Shown here piece by piece: positions 8,626-19,897 of a DNA stretch of 64,000 bases. A program made the translations under genes and the position numbers. Positions within the stretch are counted from its first letter, which is position 1, and each line of letters starts with the position of its first letter. A model generated the notes under the pieces. It did no database searches and was not told where the DNA came from. It worked only from the letters and a program-made list of their open reading frames with translations. This DNA comes from Nitrospirota bacterium (GTDB lineage Bacteria > Nitrospirota > Nitrospiria > Nitrospirales > NS-4): positions 128,001 through 192,000 of the forward strand of contig CAWBGA010000002.1 of the NCBI GenBank assembly GCA_963788195.1. Reading direction: 5' to 3'.

Positions 8626-11349
8626 ATGGGAAAGACTCTTTGGCATACCTTGACCTCCGACGCCATCCTGAAGGAACTGCAGTCAGATGGCGATGACGGG
8701 CTGACTGAGGACGAAGCGCGACGTCGCCTCGCTGAACTCGGCCCCAACGCGTTACCGCAACCCTCGCCAACCTCGCCGCTAAAGCTCTTTCTTCGGCAAT
8801 TTTCCGGCGTGATTGTCTGGGTGCTACTCGGTGCCGCGCTGATCTCGGGCCTACTCGGGGAATGGGTGGACGCCGCGGCGATCATCGCAATCGTGATTGT
8901 CAACGGAATCCTCGGCTTTATACAGGAATACCGAGCCGAGCGGTCTCTCGCCGCTTTGCGCAATCTTGCAGTCGTCATGGCCCGGGCCATCAGAGAAGGT
9001 CAGAGTCGCTCGATCCCTGCCAATGAGCTTGTCCCAGGCGATCTCATCCAGATCGAGGCCGGCGATCGAATTCCAGCCGATGCGCGGCTTATCTATGCAA
9101 CAGGATTGCAGGTGCAGGAGGCCGCGCTCACCGGCGAATCCACGCCAGTGACCAAATCCACGGTGCCCATCGCTGAGGCCGAGGTTCCGCTCGGAGATCG
9201 CCGGAACATGGTGTACACGGGAACGATCGCGGTGTCCGGCAAAGCACGGGCCATCGTCGTGGCGACAGGCATTCATACCGAACTCGGGAAGATCGCTGCG
9301 TTGATTCACAAGGCGAGCGAGGCCGAGCAGGAAGACACACCCCTGCAGCGCCGCCTCCAGCAGTTAGGCCACACCTTGCTCTGGCTGTCCCTCGGCATCG
9401 TGTCGGTGGTCTTTCTGCTCGGCCTAGCGCGCGGCGTTCCGCTCTTTACGATGTTCCTCACATCCGTAAGTCTCGCGGTGGCCGCAATCCCCGAAGGGTT
9501 GCCGGCTGTCGTCACCATCACGCTGGCGCTGGGAGTGACGAGGATGGCGAAGCGTCACGCCCTTATCCGACGCCTCTCGGCAGTCGAGACGCTGGGCTCG
9601 ACCACTGTGATCTGCTCCGATAAGACCGGGACGCTGACAAAGAACGAGATGACAGTGACGACTATCTACCAGGCCGGTGAGATCTTCACGTTGTCAGGGG
9701 AAGGCTATATGCCACAAGGCCAGATCCAGGCATTAAGTGAACAAGTAAAGCTCGAAACGCGCCCCGGGCTCGAGGCTCTGCTCCGCGCGTCAGTGTTGTG
9801 TAACGGAGCCGAGCTCCGGCAAGAAGGCGGAGCTTGGAACATTCTAGGCGACCCGACCGAAGGTGCCCTATTGGTGGCTGCCGCAAAGGCGGGCCTGCGA
9901 AAAGATCCGCTTGAGCAGGAGGCGCCGTTTCTCGGTGAGGTCCCATTTGACTCGGAGCGTAAGAAAATGACCATCGTGCGCCGAACCGAATCGGGCCCTG
10001 TTGCCTTTGTCAAGGGCGCTCCCGATCTCCTCTTACGGGACTGCGGCGGTTGGATGGAAAAGGACGGCCATACGAATGTTCTCACAGATGAGATCCGCAG
10101 GGAAATCGAGGCGGCGAATCAACGCTTCGCCTCGCAGGGGCTGCGCGTGTTGGGCGTCGCCATGCGGCCCCTGGACCGAGAACCAGAAGCCTATGCCGCG
10201 GCAGAACTTGAACGTGACCTGATCTTCCTCGGCCTGATTGCGATGAAAGACCCTGTCCGTCCGGAAGCGAAGCTGGCCGTGAAGCAATGCCGCGGAGCCG
10301 GGATACGGACGGTGATGATTACCGGTGATCACAAAGAGACGGCGGTCGCCATTGCCGGCGAGCTCGGCATAATGGAGCCGGGCATACAGGCGCTCTCTGG
10401 TATTGAATTAGATCTCCTCACCGACGGAGATCTTGCTCAACGAGTGGAGCGGCTAGCCGTTTACGCCCGCGTCTCGGCAGAGCACAAACTGCGCGTCGTG
10501 CGGGCATGGAAAAGCCGAGGCGTCATCGTCGCAATGACTGGTGATGGGGTCAATGATGCGCCGGCCGTGAAGGAAGCGGACATCGGCATTGCGATGGGCC
10601 TCACTGGGACGGATGTGACGAAGGAAGCCGCGGATATGGTGGTGACCGACGACAATTTTGCCTCCATCGCGGCAGCCGTCGAAGAGGGCCGCGCGATTTA
10701 CGATAATATTCGGAAATCGATCCATTACCTTCTGTCGTGCAACATCAGCGAGGTCATGGTGGTGCTGGTCGCTACGCTTGTGGGTCTCCCGCTGCCCTTG
10801 TTGCCGGTCCAGATCCTTTGGATCAATCTTGTAACGGACGGCCTTCCTGCATTGGCATTGGCCGTGGATCCGAAGGACCCCTACTTGATGCGCCGCGCCC
10901 CGCGGCGCCCGCAAGAACGCGTTCTCGAGAGAGATGGGATGTTTCGAATATTCGGACAAGGTCTCCTTATGACCGTGATTACGATCCTCGTCTTTGTGTA
11001 CTCTCTCTACAGCATGCACCAAGATCTCGAGCGAGCAAGAACGTTGGCTTTTATGGTCCTCGTCGGGGTGCAGCTTGCGCACGCATTTAACTGCCGGAGC
11101 GATCGGGAATCGCTCTTCACGCTTGGATTCTGGACGAACAAGCCGCTGTTAGTGGCGATCGCTGGTGTCACCGCTCTGCAGGTGGCGATTATGGTGCACC
11201 CCTGGAGCCGAGATATTTTCAAAGTCACTCAACTGAATCCCGAGGAGTGGATCCTAGCGTTCGCCGCCGGAGGTGTCATAATTGTTGCCATCGAGACCTG
11301 GAAGGCGGCCTCCCGGCTGCGATCCGGCGCCGGATCGGCGGAGGCCTGA
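8626..11349 (+). CDS. Cation-transporting P-type ATPase (type IIA, Ca2+-like)
   Basis: LTGES, IPEGL, DKTGTLT, KGAP, TGD, GDGVNDAP, QILWINLVTD. Confidence 0.96.
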   Translation: MGKTLWHTLTSDAILKELQSDGDDGLTEDEARRRLAELGPNALPQPSPTSPLKLFLRQFSGVIVWVLLGAALISGLLGEWVDAAAIIAIVIVNGILGFIQEYRAERSLAALRNLAVVMARAIREGQSRSIPANELVPGDLIQIEAGDRIPADARLIYATGLQVQEAALTGESTPVTKSTVPIAEAEVPLGDRRNMVYTGTIAVSGKARAIVVATGIHTELGKIAALIHKASEAEQEDTPLQRRLQQLGHTLLWLSLGIVSVVFLLGLARGVPLFTMFLTSVSLAVAAIPEGLPAVVTITLALGVTRMAKRHALIRRLSAVETLGSTTVICSDKTGTLTKNEMTVTTIYQAGEIFTLSGEGYMPQGQIQALSEQVKLETRPGLEALLRASVLCNGAELRQEGGAWNILGDPTEGALLVAAAKAGLRKDPLEQEAPFLGEVPFDSERKKMTIVRRTESGPVAFVKGAPDLLLRDCGGWMEKDGHTNVLTDEIRREIEAANQRFASQGLRVLGVAMRPLDREPEAYAAAELERDLIFLGLIAMKDPVRPEAKLAVKQCRGAGIRTVMITGDHKETAVAIAGELGIMEPGIQALSGIELDLLTDGDLAQRVERLAVYARVSAEHKLRVVRAWKSRGVIVAMTGDGVNDAPAVKEADIGIAMGLTGTDVTKEAADMVVTDDNFASIAAAVEEGRAIYDNIRKSIHYLLSCNISEVMVVLVATLVGLPLPLLPVQILWINLVTDGLPALALAVDPKDPYLMRRAPRRPQERVLERDGMFRIFGQGLLMTVITILVFVYSLYSMHQDLERARTLAFMVLVGVQLAHAFNCRSDRESLFTLGFWTNKPLLVAIAGVTALQVAIMVHPWSRDIFKVTQLNPEEWILAFAAGGVIIVAIETWKAASRLRSGAGSAEA

Positions 11350-11873
11350 TCGAGGTGAAGGAATAATGCCAGCCTCCGGCGATTTGAGGTAAGAGTCCTG
11401 CTACACGGGGAAAGAATAGAGTCGATAAGCAATTTCAAATAATCGAAGTGCCGTCAGCCGGGCGTGGTGATCCGCTACGTTGACCAGACGAAACATATTG
11501 GGTAGTAGGCTTCCCACCAACACCGCGCTCAGAATTCTGATTCTCGCCGTCATCGTTCAACTCCCTTGGCAGAACCGCTGCAATAGAAATCAGCAACCGC
11601 TATGCCAAAAACGGCCCGCTGGATTAACAACGGAATATCATCGAATATGGGCACCTACGGGGACTGCGTACCCCACAGTGGGATGTCGCCGATATCTACG
11701 GGGATACAGAGGAGGTGAGTTTAGATACGCGTGTTAAAGCCAATCAAACAGCCCAGACTCGCACAGACGAGCCCGGTGGACGAGAACAATCCTTAAAAGC
11801 TCGCCGGGACATTCGGGAACGCCGGACAGTGTGATGGTTGATCCTGTTCGTTCAGTATGTGATATTTCAGGAA

Positions 11874-11964
11874 GGAGGGGTGGCTGAGTGGACGAAAGCG
11901 GCGGCCTTGAAAGCCGTTGAAGGCCATGTGTCTTCCGTGGGTTCGAATCCTACCCCCTCCGCCA
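11874..11964 (+). tRNA. tRNA-Ser(TGA)
   Basis: GGAGGGGTGGCTGAGTGG...GCGGC-CTTGAAA-GCCGT, long variable arm, GGTTCGAATCC, CCA end. Confidence 0.95.
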
Positions 11965-12328
11965 GCGATTCTGTATTTACGCCTAAGGTATGAGCGATCT
12001 AAGCGAGTTACCCATCATCAGACCCATCAATAACGAAGCAGTGGGGAGAGTCGCGCCGCCGTGATTTTTGGCTCATTCTTTTCCGAAATTTCAGGCTCAT
12101 CGGCCAGATTGACCAATTTCTGGAAAAAAGCCCGCCTTAAAATCGCCTGAGTCTTGGAGGGATTCTGGGTCGCCAAAATGTGGGACTCCGGTATAGGGTG
12201 GGACTCCGAAGATGGCCCCCTCCCCCCTTGATAATACGTACGGCATCCATAATACCCACACCGCTGCCGTCAGACTTATGGTATTCTAACTGCATAAATA
12301 CCCTTAAATCTGGTGATACGGGCAAGCC

Positions 12329-12772
12329 ATGGACTATCGTCTTCTCGCATTGGTGCCGTTGGTTCCTATCCTCATGGGGTCCGGCTCCATCAAACTCTAC
12401 GATACCGACTCAAAAACCACCTTTACGATGGTCGAGCCGATGGATTGCACGGTCATAAAGACCGCGGCCAATGGCATTACGTTGGGCTTTAAATTCGGCG
12501 CGTTCTTCATCGGAGTGGGGCCGGAAGTCACGTTCGGTGACCGCGAGCACGTAAAATGGGAAGAAGCGGTGCAGGGCCTCATTGTCCAGTACAAAGAACT
12601 CTGTGCCCGCTTCAATACCGGGGCTCTCTCCAAGAAAGGATATGAAACCCGGTTGCGGGAACTCGACCAGGCCTTTCAACAAACGCGAAAAGAGCTGGTT
12701 CAGGGTCCCAACGAACGAGCCGACCGCATGTTCGATCGGCTCCAGAACGAAGAACAGACTCACCGTAAGTAA
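12329..12772 (+). CDS. Hypothetical exported protein
   Basis: N-terminal hydrophobic stretch; 147 aa. Confidence 0.55.
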   Translation: MDYRLLALVPLVPILMGSGSIKLYDTDSKTTFTMVEPMDCTVIKTAANGITLGFKFGAFFIGVGPEVTFGDREHVKWEEAVQGLIVQYKELCARFNTGALSKKGYETRLRELDQAFQQTRKELVQGPNERADRMFDRLQNEEQTHRK

Positions 12773-12821
12773 CTCTTAAAGCGGCCCAAAGCCGGTTGCA
12801 CAGCCGGTCAGTGCAGGCGAC

Positions 12822-12935
12822 GGCAAGGGGTGCCCCGGACAGATTCCTTTGCCGCCTATTACACCCACCCGCCCTGGAGTTTGCCAAGACAAACTCCCTT
12901 GCCCCTGGGCCTGACGATTATTTAAGGCCGCCGGG
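12822..12935 (+). repeat. Mosaic intergenic repeat copy
   Basis: GGCAAGGGGTGCCCCGGACAGATTCCTTTGCC + TACACCCACCCGCCCTGGAGTTTGCCAAGACA + GATTATTTAAGGCCGCCGGG; the same modules recur at 14.3, 31.6 and 34.1-34.3 kb. Confidence 0.85.
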
Positions 12936-12940
12936 TAGTG

Positions 12941-14212
12941 TCATTTTTGAATCTTTTCCAATCCACCAAGGTAGGGTCGAAGGGCCTCGGGAATGACTAC
13001 TGTTCCATCCGCCTGCTGGTAGTTTTCGAGAATCGCCACAAACGTGCGGCCGGCCGCCAGGCCCGATCCGTTCAATGTGTGAACGAACTCTCCCTTGCCG
13101 TCCGGACGCTTATAGCGGATTTGCGCGCGGCGAGCCTGAAAGGCCTCGAAGTTGCTGCACGATGACACTTCGCGGAACATGCCCTGCGAGGGTAGCCAAA
13201 CTTCGATGTCGTAAGTCTTCGCGGCTGAAAAGCCGAGGTCTGCTGTGCACAGTGAAACAACACGATAGTGCAGATTGAGCCTTTTCAACACCTCCTCGGC
13301 GTGCGCCGTAAGTCGCTCCAGTTCATCATAGGATGTTTGCGGATCACTAAATGTCACCAACTCCACCTTGTTGAACTGATGCTGTCGGATGAGGCCCCGG
13401 GTATCCTTCCCGTACGACCCTGCTTCGCGCCGGAAACATGGGGTACAGGCGGTGTACCGCAGCGGGAGACACCGATGATCCAGTGTCTCTTCGCGATGAA
13501 GGTTCGTCAACGGCACTTCTGCCGTGGGGATCAGAAAATAATCCTCGTCCTTGAGTCGAAAAAGGTCATCCTCGAATTTGGGGAGTTGTCCGGTGGCGGT
13601 CATACTCGCCCGATTTACGAGAAACGGGGGAATGACTTCGCGGTAGCCGTGTTGCTTGGTATGCAGGTCCAGCATGAAATTGATCAAGGCACGCTCAAGC
13701 TGCGCGCCCGCGCCGCTGTATACCGCGAAACGGGCGCCCGTCATGCGAGCGGCCCGCTCAAAGTCGAGGATCCCGAGGTGCTCGCCCAAGTCCCAATGGG
13801 GTTTCGGCTGGAAGGCCATGGGTGGAGGGGTTCCCCATCGGCGGAGCTCTACATTCTCGGAAGAATCTTTCCCGGCCGGGACGCTGTCATGAGGCAGATT
13901 AGGGAGGCCGAGCGAGATCGCACTGAATTGCTCTTCGGATTCGCGGAGGGTTTCTTCGAGGACCTTGATGCGGTCCCCCACCACTTTCATCTCTTCCACT
14001 AATGATTCCGCCGGGTGCTTCTCGCGTTTCAGCTTGGCAATCTTCTCCGAGGCCGTGCGTCGCTCGGCGCGCAGTTCCTCGACTTTGGTCAGCAACGCGC
14101 GGCGCTCCCGGTCGAGCTTGAACAACGTGTCCCAGTCGACGTGCTGTCCCCGGGATCCGAGGAGACGTCGGACGTCATCGGGCTTTTCCTTAATCAATCG
14201 GGGATCGAGCAT
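12941..14212 (-). CDS. serS: Serine--tRNA ligase
   Basis: [50 protein letters not shown]. Confidence 0.98.
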   Translation of the reverse strand: MLDPRLIKEKPDDVRRLLGSRGQHVDWDTLFKLDRERRALLTKVEELRAERRTASEKIAKLKREKHPAESLVEEMKVVGDRIKVLEETLRESEEQFSAISLGLPNLPHDSVPAGKDSSENVELRRWGTPPPMAFQPKPHWDLGEHLGILDFERAARMTGARFAVYSGAGAQLERALINFMLDLHTKQHGYREVIPPFLVNRASMTATGQLPKFEDDLFRLKDEDYFLIPTAEVPLTNLHREETLDHRCLPLRYTACTPCFRREAGSYGKDTRGLIRQHQFNKVELVTFSDPQTSYDELERLTAHAEEVLKRLNLHYRVVSLCTADLGFSAAKTYDIEVWLPSQGMFREVSSCSNFEAFQARRAQIRYKRPDGKGEFVHTLNGSGLAAGRTFVAILENYQQADGTVVIPEALRPYLGGLEKIQK

Positions 14213-14264
14213 AATCGCGCAACAATAACACCCGTTTTCAGAATCAGTCAATTAACGGATGCAC

Positions 14265-14560
14265 GGGAAAAGCGGCTGTCCAGGGGCAAAGGAGTTTGTC
14301 TTGGCAAACTCCAGGGTGGGTGGGTGCAATGGCAGCTGCGGGGAAGGGCGGGTGTAATGGCGCGTCCAGAGGAAGAGCTGGTGTGGCGGGTACAATGGCG
14401 AACTCTCGGGTGGGTTGGGAGTGGGATTCAAATCAAAGATCAGAGAAACTATCCCGAGCAAGCTTTGCTTGGTGGGCGGGTGCAACAGGGGAAAAGAAAC
14501 TTGTCTTGGCAAGTTTCAGGGCGGGTGGGTGCGATGGCAAGGGGCGCGTCCCGGCGCAAT
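14265..14560 (-). repeat. Mosaic intergenic repeat, several units
   Basis: Two TGTCTTGGCAA(A/G)..CAGGG(T/C)GGGTGGGTGC units plus further GGGCGGGTG cores between serS and rph. Confidence 0.8.
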
Positions 14561-14601
14561 TCATTGCGTCGCTCGTGAACGGGCGCGTATAATGCCTGGA
14601 T

Positions 14602-15342
14602 ATGCCTGATGTGAGTTTAATTCGCATCGACGGCCGCCGTTCCGAAGAACTGCGCCCCGTGACGATCCATCGATCCTTCATTAAGTACGCCGAAGGATCA
14701 GTGCTCATCGAAATGGGGGCAACAAAGGTAATCTGTACGGCCACGGTCGAAGAAAAGGTGCCTCAGTTTCTGCGGGGGCAGAACCGCGGCTGGGTAACCG
14801 CGGAATATGCGATGATTCCTCGCGCCACGCCGGAGCGAGTCCCGCGCGAAGCCACCAAAGGCAAACAAGGCGGGAGAACTCTTGAGATCCAACGACTGAT
14901 CGGCCGCTCACTTCGCGCGGTGACCGATATGGACCTTCTCGGCGAGCGGACATTCTGGATCGATTGCGATGTCATACAAGCCGACGGAGGCACGCGCACG
15001 GCATCAATCACCGGGGCCTTTGTCGCCCTTGCCGATGCCATTACTGTCGTACGGCAGAAGGGACTGATCAAGAAGAACCCGCTTAAGGATTATCTGGCCG
15101 CCGTGAGTGTCGGCAAAGTGGCGGGCAACATGTTGACGGACCTCTGCTACGCGGAAGACTGCGTGGCGGATGTTGATCTGAATCTGATCATGACGGGCAA
15201 GGGTGAGTACGTCGAGGTCCAAGGCACCGCCGAGCGCGCGCCTTTCTCCCACGTGGAGCTGCAAAAGTTTTTGGAGCTGGGATGGAACGGCATCAAGGCG
15301 CTTGTCGAAATGCAACGGGAACTGCTGGGGGACCTGCGCTGA
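14602..15342 (+). CDS. rph: Ribonuclease PH
   Basis: [48 protein letters not shown]. Confidence 0.98.
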   Translation: MPDVSLIRIDGRRSEELRPVTIHRSFIKYAEGSVLIEMGATKVICTATVEEKVPQFLRGQNRGWVTAEYAMIPRATPERVPREATKGKQGGRTLEIQRLIGRSLRAVTDMDLLGERTFWIDCDVIQADGGTRTASITGAFVALADAITVVRQKGLIKKNPLKDYLAAVSVGKVAGNMLTDLCYAEDCVADVDLNLIMTGKGEYVEVQGTAERAPFSHVELQKFLELGWNGIKALVEMQRELLGDLR

Positions 15343-15934
15343 TTACGGAGCTCGTGCTCGCGACCCAAAATCCGCACAAGGTCGTCGAAATGCGGAACAT
15401 GCTGACGGATCTTGGTATTCAGGTCCGATCATTGGCTGAATTTGACGGCGCTCCGGAAGTGATCGAGGATGGAACGACTTACGCGGAAAACGCGCTCAAG
15501 AAGGCCCGATCGGCGATGGCATTTACCGGAAAACCGGCTCTGGCGGATGACACTGGCCTCGAGGTGGAGGCGCTCGATGGCCGTCCTGGAGTTCATGCCG
15601 CTCGATTCGCCGGAGAGCATTGCAGTTTTCAGGACAATATCAAGAAGCTGCTGGGTCTCCTGAAAGGGATCCCCGCAGAGCGAAGAGGCGCGCGGTTCAT
15701 CTCCGTGTTGGCTCTGGTGACGCCTGACGGTCGTGAGGAGGTCGTCCGAGGGGAATTAGAAGGTCGCATCACGGAAGAACCAACCGGTGTCGGCGGGTTT
15801 GGATACGATCCTGTGTTCTTTTCTGTGGAAGCGGGAAAGACCTTGGCGGAAATGAGCCCAAAAGAGAAGAATCGCATCAGTCACCGGGGTCGCGCTGTCG
15901 AGATGGCGCGGGAATTATTTAAACGGCGAACGAT

Positions 15935-15944
<10 letters not shown>
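15339..15944 (+). CDS. rdgB: dITP/XTP pyrophosphatase (RdgB/HAM1)
   Basis: [39 protein letters not shown]. Start uncertain, possibly a CTG overlapping the rph stop. Confidence 0.95.
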
Positions 15945-16011
<67 letters not shown>

Positions 16012-16012
16012 C

Positions 16013-16235
16013 TTTACACCCGCCCGCCCCGCGCCCGCCGGGACGGGCGCTTTTCGCATGGCGCTCCGCGGCCAAGACCTCGTCGCTGAGGAGGCCGCAG
16101 GCGCCATAAGCAGGAGAGGTTTGAAGCCGGCGAGCGCCGACCACGTTGCACCCGCCCACCCCGCCGCGCCATTACACCCAACCCGCCCCGAGCCTGAAAC
16201 AGGCTCTACTTCCGTTGGACAGCGCCTTGTCCCGT
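16013..16235 (+). repeat. Mosaic intergenic repeat copy
   Basis: TACACCCGCCCGCCC, TTACACCCAACCCGCCCCGAGCCTG..ACAGGCTC and GGACAGCGCCTTGTCCC modules. Confidence 0.7.
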
Positions 16236-16238
16236 GGC

Positions 16239-18824
16239 CTATTGCTCTAACACTCCTCGTACGCTGTTCAGTAGGGTTTCTAATTTAAAAGGTTTTGGCA
16301 GAAAGGGCATTCCCGCCTGGAGTACGCCGTCTCGAAAAATGGCATCGTCCGTGTACCCCGATACATACAGGACCTTCATTTCCGGGCGTGACTCGGTAAG
16401 ACATTCTGCCAGCTCTCTCCCGTTCATGCCAGGCATGACAACATCCGTCACCATGAGATGAATAGGACCTTCGTACTTTCCGCAAACCTGGAACGCCTCC
16501 TTGCCATGGCAGGCTTGCAGAACCTTGTACCCATCACGTTCCAGAATCTCCATCGTCATTGCCCTGACTGCATCCTCGTCTTCCACGACGAGCACGGTTT
16601 CTGATCGCTGCGGATGCGAGATCATGTTTTGTTTCAGTTCGACGGTCGGCACGACGCCTTCCTCAACTCGCGGGAGATATACTTTGAACGTGGTACCTTT
16701 TCCGACTTCACTGGACAGGACAATCCTTCCTCCACTCTGATTCACAATCCCGTACACTGTAGACAAGCCCAGCCCGGTTCCTTTGCCTTCCTCCTTGGTC
16801 GTGAAGAACGGCTCGAAGACGTGCGCTTGCGTTTCAGAATCCATTCCACATCCCGTATCAGACACGGTCAATAAGACACAAGAACTGTTCCCTGAGTGCT
16901 GCTTAGTACCGTCCACACCGTTCGTGATGGCAATGGTAAGTTTGCCGCCTTGGAGCATGGCATCGCGAGCATTGACTACTAAATTCATAATAATTTGTTC
17001 AATTTGACCGGCGTCAGCTTTAACAAATCCTGATATCGGAACTGGAACAACAATGAGTTCAATATCTTCTCCAATAATCCTTCGAAGTAACGGCGCGAGG
17101 TTGGTGACTACCATATTGAGGTCTATTACCTGCGGCAAACGGATCTGCTTACGACTAAAGGCGAGGAGTTGTTGCGTCACGAGGGTCGCCCCCTGACTGG
17201 CTTTGACGATAGCTTCTGCATATTCCCGGTGCGTCCCGTCGGGTTGGCTCTGAAGCACAAGTGAGCTATATCCCATAATGACGGTCAAATAGTTGTTGAA
17301 GTCATGAGCAACTCCGCCCGCCAGTTGCCCAATGGCTTCCATTTTCACCGCTTGACGTAATTCTTCTTGGCTCTGACGTAATGCCTCCTCCGCCGCCTTA
17401 CGAGGAGTAATGTCACGAAAGATGAGAATTATGCCGAGGATGTTTCCCTGAGAATTTCTGATCGGGGCGCCGCTGTACTCTATAGGGATTTCGCTTCCGT
17501 CTTTGGACACCACTAAGGTATGATCTGACGCTCCCACGATCACGCCTTCATCGATAATCTTCTCGACCAAACCGAACAGGGGTGTGTTCTTTTCTTTGCC
17601 CAAGATTCTGATGATCTCGGGTAAAGGTCGACCTAGGGCTTCTGTCTGTGGCTTTACAAGCGACTCCGCAACTCTATTCATGGACACGATCCGGCCGTCT
17701 TTGTCGGTAGCAATCACAGCGTCAGTGATACTCATGAGCGTGGTGGATAGCCACTCTTCACTTTCTTGTGTACGTGTCCATTCTGTGTGAACCCGTCCCG
17801 TCGTCCAGAGAAGGACCGAAAAGATCGGCAGACAAATGATGAGGCCTATCACACCCAGTTTCCAGAGAACCGATCGTACGGGCGTTAAGATATCACTGCG
17901 GTCCATACGAAGGAGTATTCCCCAATGGAAACCCTTAAAATCTCCATGCCCTTTCGTTTGAGCGTAACCAGTTATGACCGGCAGGTGACGCCGAAGATGC
18001 ATCTCCTCTACGTAGCCTGATTGTCCTGTATCCACGAAAAGAGCGGAGGGCAATCCTATTTGTTTGAGGTTTACCCTGCCCTCTTGCCTTAGCGCTGAAT
18101 CGACGATGATCTCTCCATTGCGTGAAAGGAACTGGTACTCCAGCCGAGGCGAGGTTCCTAACCTGTCTAAGACCTCTTTTGTCGACGTGAAAATATCCTC
18201 AAGAGAGGTCAGTCCTACCCGGGTTGTCAGCGCGCCGAGAAATTCATTCCGATCCCCCTTGATTGGCGCTGTGAATGCGAGGGCAGGAATACCCCCGGTC
18301 TCTTGATAAATCTGTACATCCTGCGCATCGACGTCCTTTCCTTGACTGACCGCTTGAAACCATGGTTTCCGGCTCATGTCCTTGCCGATGTCCGTCGGGT
18401 CTGTGGCAGCCACAATTCGTCCCTTCGCATCGGTCGCAGCCAGCCAGCGGTAACTAGAGTCGGTTCTTTTCATCCAAACAAGATACTCGGTAAGAGAAAC
18501 TGTATTATGTTTACGGAGAGCCTTTGCTGCCTTTCGTACGTCCCTGGATCGCTCGTACAAAATGAGATCAAGCTTGTCGGCGATGTTGGCGGCGGCAAAA
18601 GCCAGGCTCTCCCCGGTAGTCGCGACGAGTCGTACCTCCAGATAATAAAGAGCCATGGCCCCCAGAAGCAGCCCCACGCTCATCATCAGAAGTGTGAGAC
18701 CACGCAAATACGCGTACGGATGTTTTTGTGGGGCCGGGACGCGTTTGCCGGAGAAAGCTTGTAGGTGTGTTATCCTATGGATGGCGGCAGAAAGGGACGG
18801 CAGTGAAAAATACGTTTTTACCAA
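16239..18824 (-). CDS. Hybrid sensor histidine kinase/response regulator (Cache-like periplasmic domain, PAS, HisKA, HATPase, REC)
   Basis: AGGVAHDFNN H-box, [39 protein letters not shown]. True start probably downstream of 18824. Confidence 0.95.
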   Translation of the reverse strand: MVKTYFSLPSLSAAIHRITHLQAFSGKRVPAPQKHPYAYLRGLTLLMMSVGLLLGAMALYYLEVRLVATTGESLAFAAANIADKLDLILYERSRDVRKAAKALRKHNTVSLTEYLVWMKRTDSSYRWLAATDAKGRIVAATDPTDIGKDMSRKPWFQAVSQGKDVDAQDVQIYQETGGIPALAFTAPIKGDRNEFLGALTTRVGLTSLEDIFTSTKEVLDRLGTSPRLEYQFLSRNGEIIVDSALRQEGRVNLKQIGLPSALFVDTGQSGYVEEMHLRRHLPVITGYAQTKGHGDFKGFHWGILLRMDRSDILTPVRSVLWKLGVIGLIICLPIFSVLLWTTGRVHTEWTRTQESEEWLSTTLMSITDAVIATDKDGRIVSMNRVAESLVKPQTEALGRPLPEIIRILGKEKNTPLFGLVEKIIDEGVIVGASDHTLVVSKDGSEIPIEYSGAPIRNSQGNILGIILIFRDITPRKAAEEALRQSQEELRQAVKMEAIGQLAGGVAHDFNNYLTVIMGYSSLVLQSQPDGTHREYAEAIVKASQGATLVTQQLLAFSRKQIRLPQVIDLNMVVTNLAPLLRRIIGEDIELIVVPVPISGFVKADAGQIEQIIMNLVVNARDAMLQGGKLTIAITNGVDGTKQHSGNSSCVLLTVSDTGCGMDSETQAHVFEPFFTTKEEGKGTGLGLSTVYGIVNQSGGRIVLSSEVGKGTTFKVYLPRVEEGVVPTVELKQNMISHPQRSETVLVVEDEDAVRAMTMEILERDGYKVLQACHGKEAFQVCGKYEGPIHLMVTDVVMPGMNGRELAECLTESRPEMKVLYVSGYTDDAIFRDGVLQAGMPFLPKPFKLETLLNSVRGVLEQ

Positions 18825-19708
18825 GACATGTACCTAATTATTATTATCTATCAACCCTTATCCTGTCTCTCTTGGTAACGGCATGTCAAGGAACAAGTCG
18901 TACGGCGGACAACGCCGACGGTCCCAGCGCACTGCAAGCCAAGAGGGTAGAATTCACATCGCCCGCGAACTATCGGCTAGCAGAGGCGATCACCATTGTT
19001 GACTTTAAAGAGGTTTTTCTAGGTGCGAAGGTTATTTCCGTCCCAGTCACCTGGGACATCGCAAGTAAGTCGGATACAATCAAAGCGATTAAGTTCGTAG
19101 GCGAGAGGGCACAGCCGTTCGCGGCACAACTGATTCGCAGCTCTGATAAAAAAAAGGCCCACTCTCATGTATTCTTTGTTTTCTCTCCATCCAAAGCCGG
19201 ACGGTTTGAAGCACTTGCGACACCAACCCTCGCTGATGATGTGCGTGTCGAGGGGATCAAGCTTCGTGGAATCGGCGTGGCAGTCCTAAATCAAGGAAAG
19301 CTAATGAGCTATGACATTCCGGATTCACTCAAAAAGGGCTTGGATTTCGGTAGAATACCGGCCGGAACATCGGTTCAACGTAAGTTCCAAGTGAAGAATC
19401 TTGACACCTTGCATGCTGTCGAAGTGTCCGATGTGATCGTTTCATCCGACTTCGAGGTCAAAACCGTGAAGGTCTCCGCTTCGGTCATCCATCAGGGACC
19501 GGTGCGATCTTTCAAAATTCCCAAGGGTCAGACGGCTGAGGTTACTATTGAATTTAAGCCGCCTGCGGGTTTTCAGGATAATGAGAAATTGTTTACAGGT
19601 TCTTTAGAGTTCCGAAGCAGTACCGGAACGAGTCGAACGGGGATCACATTGTGCGGTATAGCGTTCCACCCACCCCATGCTGAATCCATCCCTGGATGTT
19701 ACGAGTAA
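18728..19708 (+). CDS. Putative lipoprotein with Ig-like domains
   Basis: Lipobox-like LLVTAC; LDFGRIPAG..RKFQVKN..IPKGQTAEVTIEFKP resembles an ASH/Ig-like repeat. Start uncertain. Confidence 0.55.
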   Translation: MGPGRVCRRKLVGVLSYGWRQKGTAVKNTFLPRHVPNYYYLSTLILSLLVTACQGTSRTADNADGPSALQAKRVEFTSPANYRLAEAITIVDFKEVFLGAKVISVPVTWDIASKSDTIKAIKFVGERAQPFAAQLIRSSDKKKAHSHVFFVFSPSKAGRFEALATPTLADDVRVEGIKLRGIGVAVLNQGKLMSYDIPDSLKKGLDFGRIPAGTSVQRKFQVKNLDTLHAVEVSDVIVSSDFEVKTVKVSASVIHQGPVRSFKIPKGQTAEVTIEFKPPAGFQDNEKLFTGSLEFRSSTGTSRTGITLCGIAFHPPHAESIPGCYE

Positions 19709-19739
19709 CAGTTGAGGGGAAATCCGCTCGCCCTGGAAT

Positions 19740-19812
19740 TCCATTTCACCCACCCACCCCGGCCCCGCCGGGACGGGGCCTTGGCCCGTGGGACAAACTC
19801 CTTTTCCCCCAT
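19740..19812 (+). repeat. Mosaic repeat copy with a GC hairpin
   Basis: ATTTCACCCACCCACCCC, GGCCCCGCCGGGACGGGGCC, GACAAACTCCTTT. Confidence 0.6.
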
Positions 19813-19822
19813 CGTACCCCAC

Positions 19823-19851
19823 TTGACATTGTTCTAGTTAGAACTATATAT
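19823..19851 (+). promoter_or_regulatory. Sigma70-like pirin promoter with an embedded palindrome GTTCTA-GT-TAGAAC
   Basis: TTGACA at 19823, palindrome at 19831-19844, TATATA-like -10 element. Confidence 0.55.
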
Positions 19852-19897
19852 CCATAACACGCGGGTAGCACGAGATCCCTTGAGATCGGAGGACACC

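Noticed and set aside
12180..12230. GTGGGACTCCG direct repeat plus C-tract downstream of tRNA-Ser(TGA), considered as a phage or att remnant
   Set aside because: Only two 11-bp copies, and no phage gene or integrase nearby.
18728..18824. Head-to-head overlap of the kinase and lipoprotein ORFs
   Set aside because: Most likely caused by choosing the most upstream start codons; true starts are uncertain.
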